Positions 1 through 7,454 of a stretch of 64,000 nt of DNA are shown here, one piece after another. The notes under the pieces were generated by a model. That model saw only the letters and a list, made by a program, of their open reading frames with translations, was not told where the DNA came from and did not search any database. Source of the DNA: Candidatus Uhrbacteria bacterium RIFCSPLOWO2_01_FULL_47_17 (GTDB lineage Bacteria > Patescibacteriota > Patescibacteriia > UBA9934 > GWF2-40-263); the NCBI GenBank assembly GCA_001791305.1, contig MGEI01000004.1, positions 61,101 through 125,100 on the forward strand, in the 5' to 3' direction. A program made the translations under genes and the position numbers. Positions within the stretch are counted from its first letter, which is position 1; each line of letters starts with the position of its first letter.

Positions 1-2
1 AG

Positions 3-92
3 TTGATCCAAAAAGGATCTGTACGCGGAACAATGTATGATTGGAATAAAACAGCAGCAAAGACATGGGAAATTCTGCGCGGTCTGGTATAA
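3..92 (+). CDS. 3' end of a probable GT4 glycosyltransferase (partial)
   Basis: Frame reads LIQKGSVRGTMYDWNKTAAKTWEILRGLV*, resembling the GT-B C-terminal F/Y-x-W-x-K-T-A helix. Confidence 0.5.
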   Translation: MIQKGSVRGTMYDWNKTAAKTWEILRGLV

Positions 93-101
93 TCAAATCC
101 T

Positions 102-875
102 ATGGATCAATTGTTAACAGAATTAAAGCGTCTTGGCCTTTCGGAAAAAGAGGCGCAGGTTTATCTTTCCGCCCTCGAACTTGGACCCGCGCCGGTTCAA
201 GATATTTCGCATAAAGCAAAAGTGAACCGCGCAACCACGTATGTCATGATCGAGGCGCTCGCAACGCGCGGGCTCATGTCCACGTTTGTGAAAGGGAAGA
301 AACGTTTTTATGTTCCGGAAAGTCCGGATCGTTTGATGTCGATCCTTCGCATTCAACAAAAAGAGTTGGAAGAAAAACACAACGAATTTCAAAAAACATT
401 ACCAATGCTTCTCGCGCTGTTTAATGCAGAAGGGGCGAAGCCGCAAATTCGGTATCTCGAGGGATCAGAAGGTTTGAAAACCCTTCGCGAGACGTTTGAA
501 AAAATGGAAGGGGAGTTTGTGGAAATTGTTCCGTATGACGATGTTCTTGCCACAAGCGAGATCATGGATGATCACGAACGTCATACGCGCGAATTGCATT
601 TAGCAAAAACGCCGCACCGCGCGATTGTGGTGATGGAGAATCCAGATCCATCAAAGATTCCAAACGTTGGAGTTGGAGAAGTACGATTTGTTTCCTCAAA
701 AGAGTTTCCGATGCACGGAGAAATTATTGTGCGTGGAAATCATGTCTTTTTGTTCTCGTACAGATCTGCTGTGCTTGCGGTTGTAATTATCAGTAAAGAA
801 ATTGCCGATGCTGTGCGTGGATTATTTAATTTAGCTTGGAGAGGGGCTGCGGAATATCCATCAAAAAAATCTTAA
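102..875 (+). CDS. TrmB-family transcriptional regulator
   Basis: N-terminal LGLSEKEAQVYLSALELG...RATTY wHTH and IRYLEG motif typical of CPR TrmB paralogs. Confidence 0.9.
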   Translation: MDQLLTELKRLGLSEKEAQVYLSALELGPAPVQDISHKAKVNRATTYVMIEALATRGLMSTFVKGKKRFYVPESPDRLMSILRIQQKELEEKHNEFQKTLPMLLALFNAEGAKPQIRYLEGSEGLKTLRETFEKMEGEFVEIVPYDDVLATSEIMDDHERHTRELHLAKTPHRAIVVMENPDPSKIPNVGVGEVRFVSSKEFPMHGEIIVRGNHVFLFSYRSAVLAVVIISKEIADAVRGLFNLAWRGAAEYPSKKS

Positions 876-884
876 GTTTTTTTC

Positions 885-914
885 AAAAAAAGAATCGTCG
901 AACGGTTCGACGAT
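885..914 (-). terminator. Intrinsic terminator
   Basis: Hairpin atcgtcgaa/ttcgacgat (894-914) followed by a T-run on the minus strand. Confidence 0.7.
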
Positions 915-1285
915 AGGGAAGGACAGGAAGAGGCTGCTCACCAAGGTGGGAGCGGACGTGTGAGAACATTCAAAGAGCTGTCAGAAAGTGAGAACGGAGT
1001 TCGACGGGCGTATCCTGGGAAAAGAAGTCAGCTACCGAGCGCGCAGTGCATGTGTGGTTTGATTGCCGCGGGATTCCCAAGGAGAGGATTCCTTGAGTTG
1101 GCATACATGCGTAGGGCTCTTTTTGTAGCATCGTTCAATTCACGCGCAATCGCCGTCATGACACAGACCCCTGGAGAAGAGCTGTCATGACGTGATTTCG
1201 GATACGGGTTACGGAACTCATACGTACCTCATTTGACAGACATCTGTGCCATCACTTGTCACCTCTTCCTCTCGTTTGGAAGAGA
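915..1285 (-). ncRNA. Candidate ~400-nt structured ncRNA (own promoter and terminator, no long ORF)
   Basis: Bounded by promoter 1291-1319 and terminator 885-914; hairpins such as cgtcatgaca/tgtcatgacg; only short minus-strand ORFs. Confidence 0.45.
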
Positions 1286-1290
1286 AGATA

Positions 1291-1319
1291 AATCTATCAT
1301 GTTTTTGGAAAAATGTCAA
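1291..1319 (-). promoter_or_regulatory. sigma70 promoter
   Basis: TTGACA-17nt-TAGATT with extended -10 TG on the minus strand. Confidence 0.7.
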
Positions 1320-1329
1320 CATTATAAAC

Positions 1330-1354
1330 AAAAACACCCGTTAGGGTGTTTTTT
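1330..1354. terminator. Bidirectional intrinsic terminator
   Basis: aaaaacaccc-gtta-gggtgtttttt. Confidence 0.75.
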
Positions 1355-1479
1355 CTCGTTTTGAGGGAGAGATTGGTCTTTCGACCTATTCACATCACGA
1401 GAGATCATGAGGTGGATAGGTCGAGCCGCGCGAGATGCGAGAGAGTGCAGCAGCGCGACTGGTTGAGGGTTGAAATGGG

Positions 1480-1815
1480 TTACCCAAGCGTCTTCAGGAT
1501 CGCGCCACCGATGTGGATGCCGGCAAGTCCGGCGTAGACCACGCTCGTAAGCGCAACACCAATCCGCGAGAGCAGAAGGTGGCGATGGCTCCAAAGGATC
1601 CCTGCCGCGATTACGACCAAGAAGATCTTCGCGATTGCGAACGTGTGCACTCCGTGAAGGAGGGCGTGGTTCATGATCGGATTCGCTTCGGTCGCGAGTC
1701 CGGATTGGATCCAGTAGAGCGTCGCACCTGCGTCGAGGAGATTCAGTATGCACAGAATCATCTCAGCGCGACGAAACAGAATCACCTGCTCGAGTGCCTT
1801 TGCGATGTCCGACAT
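1480..1815 (-). CDS. DUF5658-like small membrane protein
   Basis: LNLLDAGATLY...EANPIM motif, several TM segments, GGAGG SD before ATG 1815. Confidence 0.75.
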   Translation of the reverse strand: MSDIAKALEQVILFRRAEMILCILNLLDAGATLYWIQSGLATEANPIMNHALLHGVHTFAIAKIFLVVIAAGILWSHRHLLLSRIGVALTSVVYAGLAGIHIGGAILKTLG

Positions 1816-1854
1816 GTCATCCTCCAAAACGTTTTGGGTACGATGATTCTAGAG

Positions 1855-1892
1855 CCCCCTCTCCTTTCGAAGGAGAGGGCGGGGGGAGAGGT
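1855..1892 (+). repeat. Palindromic repeat (CCCCTCTCC...GGAGAGG...GGGG family)
   Basis: Related copies at 27625-27663 and 54209-54243. Confidence 0.65.
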
Positions 1893-2282
1893 GTCGCATG
1901 AGAATTCAGATTCCACAAATCACTTTGCGATTTCTGAAGACTGCGCGACGGAACTGCGTGAAAATGGGTAGCTTTCCCACTTCACGCAGCCCGTCGCGCG
2001 AGGTTCAACAAGGCTCCGTCAGAGATCATCATCGAGGTTCCGGTTCTCCTCGATTTGTCTTAGATGAGCAGATATCATCTCCAGAGTTTGTGGATGCGTG
2101 CCAACATCCTGATCGATCTCGTTGACCATCGATCGTTCTGGTTTCACCAAGTCCTTGGTACTTATACTAGGCGTCTTGCAATTCGACGCCCCAAGGTGCA
2201 GCTTCAGATTTTTTCGGACCAACATTCAGTCCTATCGATCGCTTGTGACACGATCGATAAAATCCTAGGATGTTTTACATGC

Positions 2283-2333
2283 TTACGTCGACAGCTGATC
2301 GTCAACGCTGCATCGGGAACAGAAGATGTACAT
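2283..2333 (-). CDS. Putative 16-aa micropeptide MYIFCSRCSVDDQLST
   Basis: AAGGAGG SD shortly before ATG; CxxC; sits at the 3' end of motif Y copy 1. Confidence 0.35.
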   Translation of the reverse strand: MYIFCSRCSVDDQLST

Positions 2334-2349
2334 GGATCCTCCTTGATCC

Positions 2350-2690
2350 TGTCGTTGTGCTCGCTCCCAATCGGCGGAGAGCGAACAGGTTGCGCCACAA
2401 AGCACACTCAAATGCGACCGGTGCCATCAAAGGCTAACCGAGCCGCGAACCGCCGGGCGCGTGCGATACCCGCCGGCAAACATGTCCGACCTTCAAATGG
2501 CCGAACCGAGGTCGTTACGCACGGCGCGTATACGAGCTCGGAAAGCCGGGCGATGGTTCGTGGAGTGTCCACTAGCATCGCCCAAGTTTCCAATTCGTAG
2601 ACTTGAGATCTTCACCGGCCAATGGAGGGCCAGGGTCTCTTTTTTTCTTCATGCTTCGATCGCCTAACATCGAGCATTGCTTTCCTGAGG
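2350..2690 (-). ncRNA. Structured RNA motif Y, copy 1
   Basis: Shares AT-GTYAGGCG-AT hairpin loop, GGCGAYG/CRTCGCC stem, GCTTTC(C/A)GAG(C/T)TCGTA block and TAGCC..GGCA hairpin with 5127-5460. Confidence 0.6.
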
Positions 2691-2742
2691 GATGACGCTT
2701 ATCTCAATGGTGACTCCTTGTGTTTCGTTGAGGGTTGGTCGC

Positions 2743-2889
2743 TCAGCGCGTGATCTTCTTGATCAGACCGCGGGCCACATCCATGCACTTGAAGCACGCG
2801 ACGAGGCCGAAGGTCAAAACCCGAACGGTCAGCGGGGCGAGATCGTCGAGAAATTCTCGATGCTCGGCCTTGAGAGCTTCTTCGCTCAT
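2743..2889 (-). CDS. Small protein, 48 aa (MSEEALKAEHREFLDD...KKITR)
   Basis: AGGAGG SD; GC3-rich codons; not in the ORF track because it is short. Confidence 0.65.
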   Translation of the reverse strand: MSEEALKAEHREFLDDLAPLTVRVLTFGLVACFKCMDVARGLIKKITR

Positions 2890-2898
2890 GGGAACCTC

Positions 2899-3024
2899 CT
2901 ACTTCTTCTTGCCGAACGGGTTGCGGACCCACTCGAGGACCGCAACGCCAAGGGCGAGGGGGATGAGGATGACCATCAGGCCAACCGGGGTCGGCATGTG
3001 GGCGTCGATTTGCTTCTGGGTCAT
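2899..3024 (-). CDS. Small single-TM protein, 41 aa (MTQKQIDAHMPTPVGLMVILIPLALG...KKK)
   Basis: GGAGG SD, hydrophobic core, basic tail. Confidence 0.65.
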   Translation of the reverse strand: MTQKQIDAHMPTPVGLMVILIPLALGVAVLEWVRNPFGKKK

Positions 3025-3057
3025 GTATCCTCCGGATCGTCGCGCGATGCGAGCGAT

Positions 3058-3426
3058 CTAGTTGTAGGTGAGCGCGCGCGCCCGCTTTTCGAGGAGCGGG
3101 AGCAGAGCGATGACTTCGTTCGACGACAGGTGAACCATCCACTCCGACGTGTTCATGCCGATCACGTGGCCGAGCTTGAACGCACGGGTAAGCTTGCGCA
3201 CACCGTTGCGTCCGATGAACTCGCCGTTGTCGCCGATGATCCAGGCCGGGGTCACGCCGAAGCGCTTGACCAGCCAGGTTTCGGAGACGCGATCGATTTC
3301 GCGCTCGGCGAATTCCATCTCGGCCTCGCACTTGAAGAGATCGAGGTCGAAGCCGGCTTCGACGAGGGTCAGTTCCAGTTGCGTGAGACGGCTGCTTTTG
3401 CCCGATTGGGCGATCTGCAGGTTCAT
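3058..3426 (-). CDS. Hypothetical protein, 122 aa
   Basis: GAGG SD before MNLQIAQ; GC3-rich codon usage. Confidence 0.7.
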   Translation of the reverse strand: MNLQIAQSGKSSRLTQLELTLVEAGFDLDLFKCEAEMEFAEREIDRVSETWLVKRFGVTPAWIIGDNGEFIGRNGVRKLTRAFKLGHVIGMNTSEWMVHLSSNEVIALLPLLEKRARALTYN

Positions 3427-3515
3427 GTCTGCCTCGTGCCTCGAGATTCTCGAGAGCATTCTGACTGTTGAGAAATCAGGTACCTTCCGATCCACAAAGA
3501 TGGAGGCAAGGGATC

Positions 3516-3640
3516 CAGTGACCTCCCGAAGGCGGTGTAGACCATGAATATCTTGCGTATGAAATGAGTAAGCTTGCGCCTAGTCAAGCCATTTGATATT
3601 CGCTGGGTGTCTCTTTCAAAGACGCCCAGTTGCTCTCTCC
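3516..3640 (-). ncRNA. Structured RNA motif X, copy 1
   Basis: Aligns to 5892-6025; covarying GAATATC/GATATTC stem, GCAA and cUUCGg tetraloops. Confidence 0.7.
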
Positions 3641-3670
3641 TCCATTTTTGTGGGGCGAAGGGGGAAGGGC

Positions 3671-3809
3671 TGCAGAGTGAAAAAGTGGAAAAGTGAAAGA
3701 GTGAAGGAAGGAAATTTACTATTTGACGATTTGTTTAAAGAACAATCAAATAAATAATTTCCTTCACTTTTTCACTCTTTGACTTTTTTACTTTGTTTTC
3801 TTTCTCTGC
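3671..3809. repeat. AT-rich element made of inverted 8-mer tandem repeats
   Basis: gtgaaaaa-gtggaaaa-gtgaaaga-gtgaagga followed by the complementary ttcact/ttgact series; tgcagag/ctctgca ends. Confidence 0.65.
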
Positions 3810-3947
3810 AAGATGCCGCGAGCGTTTGCTCGTGATCTCTTGGGAGACGGTCGATGAGGTGTAGCGAAGTAAGTGCTACATGCCTCATCGACCGCAAGGT
3901 CTTTGTTTAAGAAGTCGTTAGACTCGACTTATGTGCAGGCTTGAGAC

Positions 3948-5120
3948 CTAGCCCTTGCGATTGCCCTTCTGCTGGAAGCGGCGGGGCTGGGTCTTCTGGG
4001 CCTGGGGGCCGGTGTAGAAGGCGGCGTGGAGCTTGTCCTGCTCCGCACTCGCCTCATACACAGCCGCGTTGGTCTCGAGGTCGCCGAGGATCTCCGTTTC
4101 GGCCTTGGCGACCGACTGGGGATTCTCGATGAACTTCGCGGCGCACTTCGGGCAGAGGGCGTAGTGGGTCATCAAGTGACTCACGTCCACCGGGCCACGC
4201 TTCGCCTCGTAGTTCATCTCCTGCATGTCCTCGAGCCGGGGGGCCTGCATGTCGTCGACCGAACCGACGAACGCCGTGCCCTTTTCGAGCGCGTGCTCGC
4301 ACTCGCGACCCTGGACGCACCGGACGAACGTCTCGCCAGTGCGGGGGTGCTTGAGCGGCTGGCCCAGGAAGACGGTCTTGCGGAAGTCCGAGTCCTGCTT
4401 GCGCCGCGCCGCCTTCTGCTCTTCGACCCGCTGCTTGCTCGCCGCCGCCCGCGCCTCTTCGGGGCGGACGATGTCGAGGGCCCTGTCGAGGAACATCAGG
4501 TCGTTGCGGTTGAGACCCCGCTGCATGGCGCCCTTGGCCGAGACCGCGTAGTTGCGCAGGTCGGCTTCGGTGGTGCGGCGATCGAGTTTCGTGTCGAGCA
4601 GGGCGAGCTTGAGAACCAGCATCTTTTCCACCGGACGCGTTTCGCCGGTGATGACGCAGGTCCACTCCTCGACCGGTTTCGCCTCGACCTTGTCCTCGAC
4701 CTTGGGGGCCTCGGGCTTGGTCTCGACGACGGTCTCGGTCGCTTCGGCCACGAGGGCTTCCACGATCTCGACCACCGGCGCGGGCATCAGCGACGCGAGC
4801 TGGTTGTTGTTCAGGCCAGCGAGGATGTCGCTCGGCGAGAACTTCTGCAGCTCGGCCACGTTGGCGCCGCCCTCGACCAGGCTCATCACCTTGTCGAGCG
4901 TGTCCACCGCCGGCGCCTTGCCGTCGGGGCACAGCCACTCGATGTCGACGCCCTTCTCCACGAGCGCCACGGTCGAGTTGAGCACTTCCTTGCCGATCGT
5001 CGCCAGGTTCTCGCGCTTCGCAGTGCGCAGAGCCTCGGACTTGTCGGCCTTGGCCGTGTTCGGATCGATGGTGACGCCGCGGTTGAGGAACTTGGCGACG
5101 AAGGTATGGGTCGTGGACAT
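3948..5120 (-). CDS. Hypothetical 390-aa protein with two repeated putative Zn-ribbon-like units and a basic tail
   Basis: ACGGAG SD before ATG 5120; very high GC3; WTCVITGE...YAVS and VRCVQGREC...YALCPKC units. Confidence 0.8.
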   Translation of the reverse strand: MSTTHTFVAKFLNRGVTIDPNTAKADKSEALRTAKRENLATIGKEVLNSTVALVEKGVDIEWLCPDGKAPAVDTLDKVMSLVEGGANVAELQKFSPSDILAGLNNNQLASLMPAPVVEIVEALVAEATETVVETKPEAPKVEDKVEAKPVEEWTCVITGETRPVEKMLVLKLALLDTKLDRRTTEADLRNYAVSAKGAMQRGLNRNDLMFLDRALDIVRPEEARAAASKQRVEEQKAARRKQDSDFRKTVFLGQPLKHPRTGETFVRCVQGRECEHALEKGTAFVGSVDDMQAPRLEDMQEMNYEAKRGPVDVSHLMTHYALCPKCAAKFIENPQSVAKAETEILGDLETNAAVYEASAEQDKLHAAFYTGPQAQKTQPRRFQQKGNRKG

Positions 5121-5126
5121 GATGAA

Positions 5127-5460
5127 CTCCGTGCGCGAGACTAGCTCGACGCGTTGTGAACCTATAGGAACACTGAATGCCCTTTTGGGGCTAGGACAAC
5201 TTTGGCCACCCGGCCTCAGCATCACAGATTCCGCAAGCTTGCACTTACGAACTCTGAAAGCTCGGCGACGGACTGTGTTGAAAGGGAGTGCCTTTCGCCA
5301 CAGCCGTCGCCAGATCTCGAGAAGAAGACTCGTGCCGCTCAACACTCGAGATGTTGAGTTCACTGTATGTATCCACATCCAATCGCCTGACATTGGATGC
5401 TTCTGTTTGCTGTTAGGCAATCATCGTTCTAACCTTTCCTTTGCTCTGTAACCTGAGCTA
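5127..5460 (-). ncRNA. Structured RNA motif Y, copy 2
   Basis: Series of hairpins with blocks homologous to 2350-2690. Confidence 0.6.
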
Positions 5461-5478
5461 GGTGTGAGTTGAGGTCGG

Positions 5479-5607
5479 CTAGTCGACGCTGCGCTGGGCG
5501 GCGGTGACGAGCTTGGCGGCGGCGATGAGCTCGTTCGGGGTCTTGAACTGGCGCAAGTCGATGTAGGCCCGTTCGAGAATCTCGACTGCGGCAATGATCT
5601 GAATCAT
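5479..5607 (-). CDS. Small protein, 42 aa (MIQIIAAVEILERAYID...RSVD)
   Basis: ACGGAG SD within a 31-bp repeat; GC3-rich. Confidence 0.65.
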   Translation of the reverse strand: MIQIIAAVEILERAYIDLRQFKTPNELIAAAKLVTAAQRSVD

Positions 5608-5612
5608 GGGTA

Positions 5613-5643
5613 CTCCGTGCGAACTCGGTGGTTCGCGTCTGGG
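5613..5643 (-). repeat. 31-bp hairpin+SD repeat, copy 1
   Basis: ctccgtgcgaactcggtggttcgcgtctggg; 2 mismatches to 5811-5841. Confidence 0.85.
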
Positions 5644-5651
5644 TGGTTGGG

Positions 5652-5801
5652 CTACTTGACGAGGACCAGAGGCGCGAGCGAGCTGGCGAAGAGCAGCAGC
5701 ATGGCGACTTCGCCGGTGCAGAGCTTGCCGAGGATCTCGAACGCGCGATCGCTGCTCGTGGGGATGAAGTACGGGAGGGAGACGGTGAGGTTCTTGATCA
5801 T
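5652..5801 (-). CDS. Small membrane protein, 49 aa (MIKNLTVSLPYF...LVLVK)
   Basis: ACGGAG SD within the repeat; hydrophobic C-terminus. Confidence 0.65.
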   Translation of the reverse strand: MIKNLTVSLPYFIPTSSDRAFEILGKLCTGEVAMLLLFASSLAPLVLVK

Positions 5802-5810
5802 GGTGTCGAT

Positions 5811-5841
5811 CTCCGTGCGAACTCGATGGCTCGCGTCTGGG
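5811..5841 (-). repeat. 31-bp hairpin+SD repeat, copy 2
   Basis: ctccgtgcgaactcgatggctcgcgtctggg. Confidence 0.85.
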
Positions 5842-5891
5842 CTGTGGACTGGTCGATTCGTTCGACGCAGGAATCCGAGGGTAGGTCGATT

Positions 5892-6025
5892 CAGTGACCG
5901 CCCGAAGGCTGGTGTGAATCATGAGTATCGTGCGTATGGAATGAGTGAGGGTTAACCCAGTCAAACCATTTGATACTCACCGCTCTCATTCGCCGAAGCG
6001 TTTTGAAAGACGGTTTGCTCTCTCC
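5892..6025 (-). ncRNA. Structured RNA motif X, copy 2
   Basis: Aligns to 3516-3640; GAGTATC/GATACTC stem, two cUUCGg loops. Confidence 0.7.
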
Positions 6026-6211
6026 CCTCAGGTTTCTGAGTCGAGTTACATAAAAAGACCCATTGCTTTGCGTATCCAAGCATGAGAGATACGAAAACCA
6101 ATCGGTCTTATTATTTGCTATCAGTGAATGGGACTGGATAGCTCAGCTCTCTCCCCGTTTGAGTTGTAAGGTGAAGAAGTGATCTTGTCGCTTCGTCATC
6201 TTGATGGACAT

Positions 6212-6240
6212 ACTATATCACTTTTTGTCAGTTTTGTCAA
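6212..6240 (-). promoter_or_regulatory. Strong sigma70 promoter
   Basis: TTGACA-17nt-TATAGT with extended -10 TG. Confidence 0.8.
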
Positions 6241-6318
6241 GACCCACACTTAGGAAATAGTGAGAATTAGGCTAGAATTAGCCAAATCAAGTTGTCAGGA
6301 AGTTCTGGAATGGAAAGG

Positions 6319-6416
6319 GGTAGCCGCAGGCTTCAGCCTGCGCCGGGTGGGAATATGGCTATTTCATATTTCGAGATACACCTTCGGGTACACGCAGGCT
6401 GAAGCCTGCGGCTACC
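6319..6416. repeat. GTAG-type REP doublet (REPIN-like)
   Basis: ggtagccgcaggcttcagcctgcg (6319-6342) and its exact inverse (6393-6416). Confidence 0.8.
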
Positions 6417-6444
6417 GCGTTTTTATGTTATAATTTCCACACCT

Positions 6445-7407
6445 ATGCCACCATCCCCATTTTACAACCTTATTGGACACGAACGTGTTCAGGATGTTTT
6501 GGGTCGAATGATTGAACGAGACCGTTTGCCGCACGCCTTTTTGTTTGTGGGGCCGCATCATCTGGGAAAAACGCTTGTGGCGAGGCAGCTGATTCGGGCG
6601 ATCTCGAAGGAGGCCGAAGGAGCGGCGTCTATGGACGTGATCGAACTTGGGTGTCTTACGGATGAGAAGACGGGAAAGAAGAAGGCACAGATTTCGGTTG
6701 AGCAGGTTCGCGAAGTTTGCGAGAGACTTGCGATGAGTGCAATGAACGGTGGATGGAAAATTGCGTTTATTAAAAATGCAGATGCGCTTTCAAACGCGGC
6801 GGCGAATGCGCTTTTGAAAACACTTGAAGAACCAAAAGGGAAAACGTTGTTCATTCTGCGCGCGCCTTCCGTTGAGTCTGTTCTTCCAACCGTTGCGTCA
6901 CGTTGTCAGGTGATGCGTTTTCATCCGGTGTCGAGAACTACGCTTGCAACAGCACTCGTCAAAAAAGGACACGCGAAACCAGATGCGGAAATCGCAGCGG
7001 CCATCTCGCTTGGTCGCCCGGGTCGTGCATTTCGGTATCTCACAAAAAGTGAAGACCGATCACAAACAGATATTGGGGTGGAACAAGCGATCGATTTGTT
7101 CTCCTCAGACATTGCAAAACAAATTCGACTTACATCCGGACTGCTTCCAAAAGAAGATGTAAACAAACGTTCGGCCGCAGATCAGACGGTACGATTATGG
7201 CAGCGCGTATTGCGCGATGAATTATTGCGATCTGTTGGATGCGAAGAACTCGTTGTATATCGATCGGACACTTCCCGTAACCCAAGGCTTCAGCCTTGGC
7301 ACGTCTCTCGACTGATCGCCACACTCAAAAAAACAGAAGAGGGAAGAACGGCGATTGCGCATAATACAAATCCACAATTAACGTTAGAGCACATTTTATT
7401 TTCGTGA
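6445..7407 (+). CDS. holB: DNA polymerase III delta' subunit
   Basis: HAFLFVGP..GKT, AANALLKTLEEP, SRC motifs. Confidence 0.92.
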   Translation: MPPSPFYNLIGHERVQDVLGRMIERDRLPHAFLFVGPHHLGKTLVARQLIRAISKEAEGAASMDVIELGCLTDEKTGKKKAQISVEQVREVCERLAMSAMNGGWKIAFIKNADALSNAAANALLKTLEEPKGKTLFILRAPSVESVLPTVASRCQVMRFHPVSRTTLATALVKKGHAKPDAEIAAAISLGRPGRAFRYLTKSEDRSQTDIGVEQAIDLFSSDIAKQIRLTSGLLPKEDVNKRSAADQTVRLWQRVLRDELLRSVGCEELVVYRSDTSRNPRLQPWHVSRLIATLKKTEEGRTAIAHNTNPQLTLEHILFS

Positions 7408-7454
7408 CATACGTGGGTGGGCATAAAACCCACCCCTACAATCGCAAATTTTTT

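Noticed and set aside
5121-5420. 100-aa N-terminal extension of the 490-aa track ORF
   Set aside because: No SD at that start; codon bias begins at ATG 5120, which has an SD; the interval is motif Y
2692-5451. Long plus-strand ORFs (2692-3471, 4026-5144, 4552-5451)
   Set aside because: Antisense shadows of GC3-rich minus-strand genes
5613-5841. CRISPR array
   Set aside because: Only two copies, separated by about 170 bp of coding sequence; no cas genes in the window
5479-5964. 161-aa ORF with a repeated PRREPxSSHG peptide
   Set aside because: It translates through the 31-bp repeats; the plausible genes are the 49-aa and 42-aa SD-led ORFs
1900-6200. Group I/II intron, retron or known riboswitch as the identity of X/Y
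   Set aside because: I found no intron core motifs, interrupted host gene, reverse transcriptase or recognisable aptamer consensus by eye; a formal Rfam search is still needed
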